A stretch of DNA of 32,000 bases from Caldimicrobium thiodismutans (GTDB lineage: Bacteria > Desulfobacterota > Thermodesulfobacteria > Thermodesulfobacteriales > Thermodesulfobacteriaceae). Below the pieces are notes generated by a model, which ran no database searches, was not told the DNA's origin, and was given only the letters and a program-made list of their open reading frames with translations. The translations under genes were made by a program, and so were the position numbers. Position 1 is the stretch's first letter, and each line of letters begins with the position of its first letter. Location: NCBI RefSeq assembly GCF_001548275.1, contig NZ_AP014945.1:330001-362000 (forward strand), written 5' to 3'. Below, in pieces: positions 9,667-15,808 of the stretch.

Positions 9667-10128
9667 TCAGCCTCCACTTAAGTGAAGGGCAAGTATTTTT
9701 TCCTCAAACTCTTTTTTAAAGGATTTAAAAAATGGTGGTGTATATTTTAAAAGGGAAGCATAGTTGGGAATGAGTTCCGAGTCTCCTCTCAGGGTAATCT
9801 GAGGATAAACCTCAATAAGAATAAAGGTTTGAAGATTAGTGAGGAGAGCAAAATAGGGTAGGGGGTTAAAAAAAATACGAGCTATGGCTAAAAGAGGTCT
9901 TTCAAAAGATGAAAGCCCACCTTTACTGGGATGATAATTTACAATAAGAAGGGTTTGCTCATTTTCTATCACCAGAGGGAGCTCAAGTTCAAAAGAGAGG
10001 CCCTGATATGAAAAGAAAAGTTCTTTTTTGAGTTGAAAACTCTCTTCAGGATAACCTTTCTGAAGGAAGAGGGTTTTAAGAGCAGTTAAAATTAGATCCT
10101 GAGAAGGCGGTTCTTTACCAAATTCCAT
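9667..10128 (-). CDS. Hypothetical protein, possibly a degenerate HsdR_N / PD-(D/E)xK-like domain
   Basis: 153 aa, last gene of the BFN-PHP operon; its ATG overlaps the PHP 3' end by 37 nt. The pattern L..L...GYPEESF...(E)LELPLVI....LLIVNY resembles the type I restriction HsdR N-terminal domain, but the catalytic residues are not clearly conserved. No clear SD. Confidence 0.45.
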   Translation of the reverse strand: MEFGKEPPSQDLILTALKTLFLQKGYPEESFQLKKELFFSYQGLSFELELPLVIENEQTLLIVNYHPSKGGLSSFERPLLAIARIFFNPLPYFALLTNLQTFILIEVYPQITLRGDSELIPNYASLLKYTPPFFKSFKKEFEEKILALHLSGG

Positions 10129-10733
10129 AGATTTTTGAGTTCATCCAGAGTTAGCCCTGCCCCGAGGGCTATTTTGGAGGCAAGTTCTTGGCTTAAAAGG
10201 TCAGAAGGACTATGGGCATCGGAATTTATAATCAAAGGGGCCTGATATTTTTTAGCTAATTTTACCACATGTCCATTTGTAAAGGAGTGCCCCTTTCTTC
10301 CTGAGATTTCAAGAAAGACCCCTTTTTCTGCAGCAAGTTTAACCTCTTCTTCACTGATAAGCCCCGGGTGAGCAAGAATATCAGCTCCACCAAGGATTGC
10401 AGATCTATTGGTTCCTTCTGCCACTGGCTCAACAATGGTCTCCCCATGCACTACTACTATTTCTGCCCCAAGAGCTCGTGCCTTCTGAATAAGCTCTGGT
10501 ATAAGCTCAGGGGGAACATGGGTTAACTCAATTCCTGCTATGAGACGGGGAGTTAAGCCCCTGAAGGCATCTTTGATTTTCAAGAGATTTCCAAGAATAA
10601 ATTCAAAGTTAGAAGGATCTGCATGATCAGTTATAGCTATGGCTGAATAGCCAAGAACTTTAACCCTTCGCCAGATCTCTGCAGGAATTAACTCTCCGTC
10701 ACTAAATACGGAATGACAGTGAAAATCAAACAA
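10092..10733 (-). CDS. PHP-domain metal-dependent phosphoesterase
   Basis: FDFHCHSVFSDGEL, AITDHAD, VVHGE, ILAHPG and INSDAHSP are the PHP His/Asp metal-ligand motifs. TTG start at 10733 is preceded by AGGAG, 10 nt after the BFN stop. Confidence 0.8.
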   Translation of the reverse strand: MFDFHCHSVFSDGELIPAEIWRRVKVLGYSAIAITDHADPSNFEFILGNLLKIKDAFRGLTPRLIAGIELTHVPPELIPELIQKARALGAEIVVVHGETIVEPVAEGTNRSAILGGADILAHPGLISEEEVKLAAEKGVFLEISGRKGHSFTNGHVVKLAKKYQAPLIINSDAHSPSDLLSQELASKIALGAGLTLDELKNLWNLVKNRLLRI

Positions 10734-10742
10734 AATACTCTC

Positions 10743-11258
10743 CTACATCTTATATTTAAAATGTTTAGGATCAAGCTCTTCTAAAATCTCTTTGAGTTTC
10801 TCCTTTTCCTCTTCGGTTGCTCCAACTATTTCTTCCTGGGCTTCTTTGATAGGGGATTCTGCAAAGGTCTGGCTCTTCTGAAGAACCTCTTCATTTACAA
10901 AGATTTCAGCTCCTGTTCTTAAGGCCATAGCCACTGCATCACTTGGGCGGGCATCAATATCAACCAGCTCTCCCTGAATATCAAGAGTAATCACAGCATA
11001 ATAGGTATTTTCCCTGAGATCAACAATCTCAATTTTAGGAATCCTTATACCCAGAAAATCAAGGATATTTTTCATAAGATCATGAGTAAGGGGTCTTGGA
11101 AATTGGATATTTTCCAGTTTTGAAGCAATGGAAGTAGCTTCCAAAACACCTATCCAGATGGGTAGAATTCTCTCTCCATTTAGCTCTTTAAGGAGCATAA
11201 CAGGACTATTTGAGACAGGATCAACCGCCAGTCCATGAATCACAACCTTTACCTTCAT
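10743..11258 (-). CDS. Bifunctional nuclease (BFN/DUF151) family protein
   Basis: VVIHGLAVDPVSNSPVMLLKE..GERILPIWIGVLEATSIA...RPLTHDL...ARPSDAVAMALRTGAEIFV is the BFN signature. I prefer ATG at 11258 (preceded by GAGGTGAAGG) over the track's TTG at 11276. Confidence 0.8.
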   Translation of the reverse strand: MKVKVVIHGLAVDPVSNSPVMLLKELNGERILPIWIGVLEATSIASKLENIQFPRPLTHDLMKNILDFLGIRIPKIEIVDLRENTYYAVITLDIQGELVDIDARPSDAVAMALRTGAEIFVNEEVLQKSQTFAESPIKEAQEEIVGATEEEKEKLKEILEELDPKHFKYKM

Positions 11259-11395
11259 ACCCTTCACCTCTTGCAAATAAGTTTATTAATAATGTTAAGC
11301 TTTCTCCAGAGAAAAGTCAAGGTTAATGAATGCATTTCTCATAGAATTTTCTTTAGCAAAGCAGAAGCTTTTATCGATGATTTAGGGGTGGGTGC

Positions 11396-11471
11396 ATAGG
11401 TTCATTTTCCTGCAACAGAAGTAGTAGAAAAATCCCCTTTAAATCTCAAACAATATGGACTTATGCAAAAC
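11396..11471 (+). repeat. Copy A of a 76/77-nt direct repeat (partner at 12451-12527)
   Basis: Hand alignment gives 65 identical of 77 aligned columns (one 1-nt gap). Contains a 12-bp closing stem, GCATAGGTTCAT (11394-11405) with ATGGACTTATGC (11455-11466), including two G.U-type pairs. Confidence 0.8.
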
Positions 11472-11524
11472 CTCTTGTTTTTTTTCATTTTTCTTTTAAG
11501 TTTTGAAATTAAGGTGGGACTTTT

Positions 11525-12253
11525 ATGCAAAGGGCTAAAAAAAGTATCAGATCCAAAGTAGCCTTAAAGGAAATGTTAATTCGGGATCTCCCCGAACTTT
11601 TAAAGGAAGATCCCCTTCTTAAGGATTATGTAGCAAGTCTTTTCAAAGAAAATTTTGCAGACAAAAGAACCACTGAAGAAGAGATTAAGGCCCTTTTAGA
11701 GGAGATTAAGAACCTAAGAATTGAGAGTGAAAAAAGATGGGAAGAACATTCAAAGAGGCTTGAGGAACATTCTCAGAAGCTTGAAGAACTCTCTCAAGGC
11801 AATAAAATCCTGATGGAAGAAATCCTTGCCTTAAGAAAGAGACAGGATGTGCAGATTAGTGCCCTTGGGGCAAGATGGGGAATTAAATCAGAGAAAACCT
11901 TTCGCAATGCGGTAAAAGGTCTTCTTGAGGAAACCTTTGGGGTTAAGGTAGAACATTATGAAACAACTGATTTAGAAGGTGAGGTCTTTGAAGGTTTTCC
12001 TGGTAAAAGGGTTGAAATTGACCTTATTATTAGAAATGGTGAACTTATTGTAGCTGAGATTAAATCTTCCGTTAGTCCTGGAGATGTTTTGCTTTTTGAG
12101 ATAAAGGTAAAGTTTTTTGAGAAAAAAGAAGGGAGAAGGGTCACAAGAAAGATAATTATTTCTCCTATGATTGATCGTGAGGCAAAGAGCTTTTGCAAAA
12201 GTCTTGGAATAACCTTTTACACGGATGTCCCTGATAGAGAAGAAGGATTATAA
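11525..12253 (+). CDS. Coiled-coil + PD-(D/E)xK nuclease-fold protein (DUF3782-like)
   Basis: SD AAGGTGGGA sits 6 nt upstream of the ATG. N-terminal charged heptad region (EEIKALLEEIKNLRIESEKRWEEHSKRLEEHSQKLEEL). C-terminal ALGARWGIKSE...VEIDLIIRNGELIVAEIKSS gives a D...E-x-K core. Confidence 0.75.
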   Translation: MQRAKKSIRSKVALKEMLIRDLPELLKEDPLLKDYVASLFKENFADKRTTEEEIKALLEEIKNLRIESEKRWEEHSKRLEEHSQKLEELSQGNKILMEEILALRKRQDVQISALGARWGIKSEKTFRNAVKGLLEETFGVKVEHYETTDLEGEVFEGFPGKRVEIDLIIRNGELIVAEIKSSVSPGDVLLFEIKVKFFEKKEGRRVTRKIIISPMIDREAKSFCKSLGITFYTDVPDREEGL

Positions 12254-12268
12254 GAAGAGCAAAAAATC

Positions 12269-12281
12269 GGTGCATAGGTTC
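12269..12281 (+). repeat. Exact 13-nt partial copy (GGTGCATAGGTTC) of the left end of repeat A
   Basis: Identical to 11391-11403. Lies 15 nt after the stop of the DUF3782-like CDS, so the CDS is flanked by this 13-mer in direct orientation. Confidence 0.7.
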
Positions 12282-12314
12282 TGATTCTTCCAAGAAAAAA
12301 GAAGAGTGGAAAGA

Positions 12315-12378
12315 GGTAAAAGGTGAGAGGTGAGAGGTGAAAATGTGAGAGGTGAAAGGTGAAAGGGGAGAGTAGGGA
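12315..12378 (+). repeat. Tandem heptamer array, about 9 units of GGTGARA, inside a 90-nt C-free tract (12292-12381)
   Basis: Units read GGTAAAA GGTGAGA GGTGAGA GGTGAAA aTGTGAGA GGTGAAA GGTGAAA GGGGAGA GTAGGGA. Contains 3x GAGGTGA and 2x AAGGTGA. Confidence 0.85.
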
Positions 12379-12420
12379 AGACCTGCGTATCTGCCCAATA
12401 ATATAAAGAAACATATAACA

Positions 12421-12440
12421 GGCAAACACATAGGTTTGCC
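12421..12440. other. Perfect 7-bp hairpin GGCAAAC-ACATAG-GTTTGCC
   Basis: Inverted repeat read directly. The loop carries CATAGGTT, which is also the core of the 13-mer repeat. Not followed by a T-run on the plus strand. A T-rich tail exists on the minus strand, but no minus-strand gene feeds into it. Confidence 0.5.
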
Positions 12441-12450
12441 CCTACAAAAT

Positions 12451-12527
12451 ACAGGTTCATTTTCTTTAAACTGAAGTAGTATAAAAAATCCCTTTTAAAT
12501 CTCAAAAGATATGGACTTATACATAAC
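12451..12527 (+). repeat. Copy B of the 76/77-nt direct repeat
   Basis: See copy A. Ends 38 nt upstream of the ATG at 12565. Equivalent closing stem is 12449-12460 with 12511-12522. Confidence 0.8.
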
Positions 12528-12547
12528 TTTGCCTTTTGGTGGGTTGA

Positions 12548-12556
12548 TGTTATAAT
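12548..12556 (+). promoter_or_regulatory. Extended -10 element TGtTATAAT, 8 nt upstream of the ATG (possible leaderless mRNA)
   Basis: TG at 12548-12549 and TATAAT at 12551-12556. The ATG is at 12565 and the intervening TAAAAATT contains no SD. Confidence 0.4.
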
Positions 12557-12564
12557 TAAAAATT

Positions 12565-13581
12565 ATGGCTTTTCTTGCCTTTGATTGTGAGGGACCTCTT
12601 ACACTTAATGACAATGCCTTTGAATTTTCAGCCTATTTAATTCCAAGGGGAGATTATTTTTTTACTCAAATCTCTCGTTTTGATGATTATCTGGCAGATA
12701 TCAAAAAAAGGCCGGGTTATAAAGCAGGAGACACCCTAAAACTCATTCTCCCTTTTCTTAAGCTCTTTGGGGCTACAAACAAGCTTCTGGAAGAGTTTTC
12801 TGCTAAAACCCTTTTATTTCTCCCCAAAGTTGAAGAGGTTTTACCAGCCCTAAATAAACTTTTGCCTACCTTTATTATTAGCACAAGTTATAGGCCCTAT
12901 TTAGAGGCCTTGGCCCAAAAGCTTAACTTTCCCCTGTCTCAAATCTTTTGCACAGAGGTGGATTTTGATAAAGTTGAATTATCCGCAAGTGAAGCTAAGA
13001 TTCTGCAAAGCCTTTATGAAGAAATCTTAAAATTCCCTTTGATTGAGCTTCCCAGAGAGGCCCAAAAGGTGGAAGATCTTACTCCCTCACTTAGAAATAT
13101 TTTAGATCGTCTTGAAGAAATCTTTTTTGAGATAATCTGGAATCTTGATTGTGGGGTCTTTTTAAGGGAGGTCAATCCCATTGGTGGTGAAGAAAAGTCC
13201 AAAGCCTGCCAGATAATAGCTGAAAACTTAAATAATTCCTTGGCAGAGGGATTTTACTGTGGGGATTCCATAACGGATGTCCAGGCCCTTAAACTCGTTA
13301 GAGAAGGAGGAGGAGTAAGTCTTTCCTTTAATGGAAACAGATATGCCCTTAAGGCTGCTGAGTTTTATGCCCTCTCAGGTAAGGCCAATCTTTTCTTAGA
13401 GCTTGCACGAATGTTTTTGGAAGGAGGTCCTCTTCATCTAAGAAAGTTTTCAAAAAACCTGGAGGAAGATTATGAATTTGGTCCTGTTCCAGAGGAGGAG
13501 GGAGATTTTCTACAGCTTCTGGAAAGGTCTGAAGCCTTTCGGAAAAAGGTAAGAGGTGAGCTCATCGGAGCCCTTGGATGA
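12565..13581 (+). CDS. HAD-superfamily-like protein, resembles the EhaR (energy-converting hydrogenase A subunit R) family
   Basis: N-terminal FDCEGPLTLNDNAFEF (HAD motif I variant D-x-E) and C-terminal YCGDSITDVQAL (HAD motif IV GDxxxD). About 340 aa. The EhaR call is from memory of the DCEGP signature. Confidence 0.6.
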   Translation: MAFLAFDCEGPLTLNDNAFEFSAYLIPRGDYFFTQISRFDDYLADIKKRPGYKAGDTLKLILPFLKLFGATNKLLEEFSAKTLLFLPKVEEVLPALNKLLPTFIISTSYRPYLEALAQKLNFPLSQIFCTEVDFDKVELSASEAKILQSLYEEILKFPLIELPREAQKVEDLTPSLRNILDRLEEIFFEIIWNLDCGVFLREVNPIGGEEKSKACQIIAENLNNSLAEGFYCGDSITDVQALKLVREGGGVSLSFNGNRYALKAAEFYALSGKANLFLELARMFLEGGPLHLRKFSKNLEEDYEFGPVPEEEGDFLQLLERSEAFRKKVRGELIGALG

Positions 13582-14318
13582 TACCTCTTCAGGATCTAAA
13601 CCCTCGGAGAAGACCTGCTCTTGTTACCTGGGGGCTAATCATTGTAAATGTATGCGTTTTTTTATTTGAGCTTTCTCTTTCAGGGGAGGCTCGCCAGAGT
13701 TTTTTTCGTAACTGGGGATTTACCCCTGGTCTTTTTTTTGATGATTATTTTTCTGTTTTAACTGGTCAAAATCCCTGGCAGAGTTATCTATCTCTTTTTA
13801 CGCATCTGTTTATTCATGGGGGCTGGCTTCATCTCATTGGAAATATGTGGACTCTCTGGATTTTTGGAGATAATGTGGAAGATCGCCTTGGTCCTTTTCG
13901 TTTCTTACTTTTTTACTTAACTACTGGAATCTTAGCTACTCTTACACATGCCCTGATTTATTCTGACTCGGTTGTGCCCCTTGTTGGAGCAAGTGGAGCT
14001 ATATCAGCAGTTATGGGGGCCTATTTTATGATGTATCCCTTTGCAAGAATACTTGTTCTCATTCCTGTTTTTTTTATTCCTCTTTTTGTTGAGATACCCG
14101 CTTTTCTCTATTTAGGACTCTGGTTTTTGATGCAATTCTATAGTGGCCTCTTTTCCCTTGCCCTTCCTGGAAGTGTAGGAGGTATAGCCTGGTTTGCACA
14201 TCTGGGAGGCTTTTTAACTGGAGCCTTGACCTATAAACTTTTTTGTAAAAGACCTTGCAGATTTTATAGAGATGAAGAAGGTGTTTTTGGGGCCTTTTTT
14301 GATTTAGATAAACCCTGA
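13578..14318 (+). CDS. Rhomboid-family intramembrane serine protease
   Basis: HGGWLHLIGNMW, catalytic GASGAISAVMGAY (GxSG) and AHLGGFLTG (His), with six or more TM helices. The ATGA overlap with the upstream gene indicates coupling. Confidence 0.88.
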   Translation: MIPLQDLNPRRRPALVTWGLIIVNVCVFLFELSLSGEARQSFFRNWGFTPGLFFDDYFSVLTGQNPWQSYLSLFTHLFIHGGWLHLIGNMWTLWIFGDNVEDRLGPFRFLLFYLTTGILATLTHALIYSDSVVPLVGASGAISAVMGAYFMMYPFARILVLIPVFFIPLFVEIPAFLYLGLWFLMQFYSGLFSLALPGSVGGIAWFAHLGGFLTGALTYKLFCKRPCRFYRDEEGVFGAFFDLDKP

Positions 14319-14334
14319 AGGAGGAGGCATTTTA

Positions 14335-15159
14335 ATGACGGGTTTTGAACTCTTCTGGATCTTATTTTTAGTCCTTGCCATGCAACCCTTTTTAAGACAA
14401 AAATTTCTTGAGATAGCCCGGCAAAAGATGATTGAAAGAATTGAGGCTATAAGGGGCTCTCGGGTAATCCTCTTAGTGCACCGTCAGGAAACTATGAGTT
14501 TCTTGGGTTTCCCTATTATGCGCTTTATTGATATCAATGACTCTGAAGAAGTCATTCGGGCTATCCATATGACTGATAAAGATGTTCCCATAGACATAAT
14601 ACTGCATACTCCAGGTGGATTAGTATTAGCTGCCCTTCAGATTGCCCTGGCTATAAAGAAGCATCCTGCTAAGGTTACAGCCTTTGTGCCTCATTATGCC
14701 ATGAGTGGTGGCACCCTTATTGCCCTTGCCTGTGACGAAATTGTTATGGATGAACATGCTGTGCTTGGACCTGTTGATCCTCAAATTGAAGGATATCCTG
14801 CAGCCTCTATCCTAAGACTTACCAAAAGAAAACCTCTTGATAAGATAGAGGATAAAACCCTTATCCTTGCTGATGTGGCTGAGATGGCCTTAAGACAGAT
14901 GAAGGAAAATTTAAAACTCATTCTTAATGAAAGATACCCTGCTGAAAAGATAGAGGAGCTTGCTGAGGTCCTATCTCAGGGCTATTTTACCCATGATCAT
15001 CCCATAACCTTTGAAGAGGCTAAAAGACTTGGCCTTCCTGTTTCACAAGAGTTACCCCTTGAAATCTATCAACTGATGAAACTTTTCCCTCAGCCTACAA
15101 GGAGTATCCCTTCTGTTGAATATCTTCCCCTTCCTAAGAAAAAAATTGGAAAGCCTTAA
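14335..15159 (+). CDS. SDH-family ClpP-fold serine proteinase (membrane-anchored)
   Basis: N-terminal TM helix, then ILHTPGGLVLAALQIALAIKKHPAKVTAFVPHYAMSGGTLIALACDEIVMDEHAVLGPVDPQ, matching the serine dehydrogenase proteinase/ClpP-fold pattern. Confidence 0.75.
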   Translation: MTGFELFWILFLVLAMQPFLRQKFLEIARQKMIERIEAIRGSRVILLVHRQETMSFLGFPIMRFIDINDSEEVIRAIHMTDKDVPIDIILHTPGGLVLAALQIALAIKKHPAKVTAFVPHYAMSGGTLIALACDEIVMDEHAVLGPVDPQIEGYPAASILRLTKRKPLDKIEDKTLILADVAEMALRQMKENLKLILNERYPAEKIEELAEVLSQGYFTHDHPITFEEAKRLGLPVSQELPLEIYQLMKLFPQPTRSIPSVEYLPLPKKKIGKP

Positions 15160-15652
15160 GACAGCCAGAGCACTTATAAGAATCTTTCCTTTTCAGTTTG
15201 AACTCACCTATCTTTCAGGAGGACAACTTGTCAAGGTATCTTTTGATCTTTACCTTAATTCTCACCAAAGGGAGATCTATCTGGAAAAGGAAGTTCTCCG
15301 AAAACCTGCTCATGATTTTTTGGAACAGCTTAAGCTTTATTTTCACGGTAGGCAAAACTATTTAGATCTTCACCATCTCTTACGGGTTTCAGACTTTACT
15401 CGTAGAGTCCTTAATTTCCTGAGAAAGATTCCCAGAGGACAAACTTTAACCTATAAAGAATTAGCAAGGATACTAAATTATCCCGGGGCTGAAAGGGCAG
15501 TAGCTAAGGCACTTTCCTCAAACCCTCTACCTCTTCTTTACCCCTGTCATAGAATTATATCTAAGCGAGGATTAGGGGGCTTCTCCCAGGGCCAACTTTT
15601 GAAGTGGCTGTTCCTTTTCTGGGAAAGCTCTTATAAAAATTTTGACATATAA
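15116..15652 (+). CDS. ogt: Methylated-DNA--protein-cysteine methyltransferase (Ogt/MGMT)
   Basis: Active site LYPCHRIIS (PCHR), HTH-like LTYKELARILNYPGAERAVAKAL. TTG start at 15116 is preceded by AAGGAG (15100-15105) and overlaps the upstream gene by 44 nt. Confidence 0.8.
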   Translation: MNIFPFLRKKLESLKTARALIRIFPFQFELTYLSGGQLVKVSFDLYLNSHQREIYLEKEVLRKPAHDFLEQLKLYFHGRQNYLDLHHLLRVSDFTRRVLNFLRKIPRGQTLTYKELARILNYPGAERAVAKALSSNPLPLLYPCHRIISKRGLGGFSQGQLLKWLFLFWESSYKNFDI

Positions 15653-15761
15653 AAATAATTGTCAATTTTTTGACTCTAATCTTTTCCCTATTTTTTATTT
15701 TAGCAAGATGAATTTTGTTGAAAATATAAAAATCTTCAAAGTTCTCAAAATATGATTTAGT

Positions 15762-15777
15762 TGGCACAAATTTTGCT
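15762..15777 (+). promoter_or_regulatory. Sigma-54 (RpoN) -24/-12 promoter TGGCAC-AAATT-TTGCT upstream of fliL
   Basis: Exact match to the TGGCAC-N5-TTGCW consensus (GG at 15763-64, GC at 15775-76). About 32 nt upstream of the fliL ATG 15809, with the SD GGGAGGAGG in between. Follows a 100-nt extremely AT-rich region. Confidence 0.8.
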
Positions 15778-15808
15778 AAAAATTCTTACTAAAGGGAGGA
15801 GGTGGCCC

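Noticed and set aside
9667-10128. Calling the 153-aa protein a functional restriction-type nuclease
   Set aside because: The resemblance to HsdR_N is by pattern only. The expected D/E-x-K catalytic residues are replaced (E..., N-Y-H), so only a low-confidence domain hint is reported.
11327-11386. 19-codon mini-ORF (MNAFLIEFSLAKQKLLSMI) in the BFN/DUF3782 intergenic region
   Set aside because: It has only a marginal SD (AAGG, short spacing) and no support beyond being open. It cannot be distinguished from chance in an AT-rich spacer.
11394-11471. The 76-nt repeat as a tRNA, a tRNA-derived att site, or CRISPR repeats
   Set aside because: The length is tRNA-like, but there are no D-loop GG, T-loop GTTCRANYC or cloverleaf arms when threaded. 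The closing stem is 12 bp rather than 7 bp. Only two full copies lie about 1 kb apart with a gene between them, so there is no repeat-spacer periodicity.
12165-12505. Three overlapping minus-strand ORFs (88, 70 and 85 aa) in all three frames across the heptamer tract
   Set aside because: All three frames are open only because the plus strand is C-free and purine-rich there, so no stop complements occur. The translations are low-complexity (SPFTSH/LSPLTF repeats) with no SDs. This is an artefact of the repeat.
15761-15808. Track start (TTG 15761) giving a 16-aa N-terminal extension to FliL
   Set aside because: It would place the start codon on top of the sigma-54 promoter. ATG 15809 has an ideal GGGAGGAGG SD, and the protein then begins MAEEVKEE, followed by the Lys-rich/TM segment typical of FliL.
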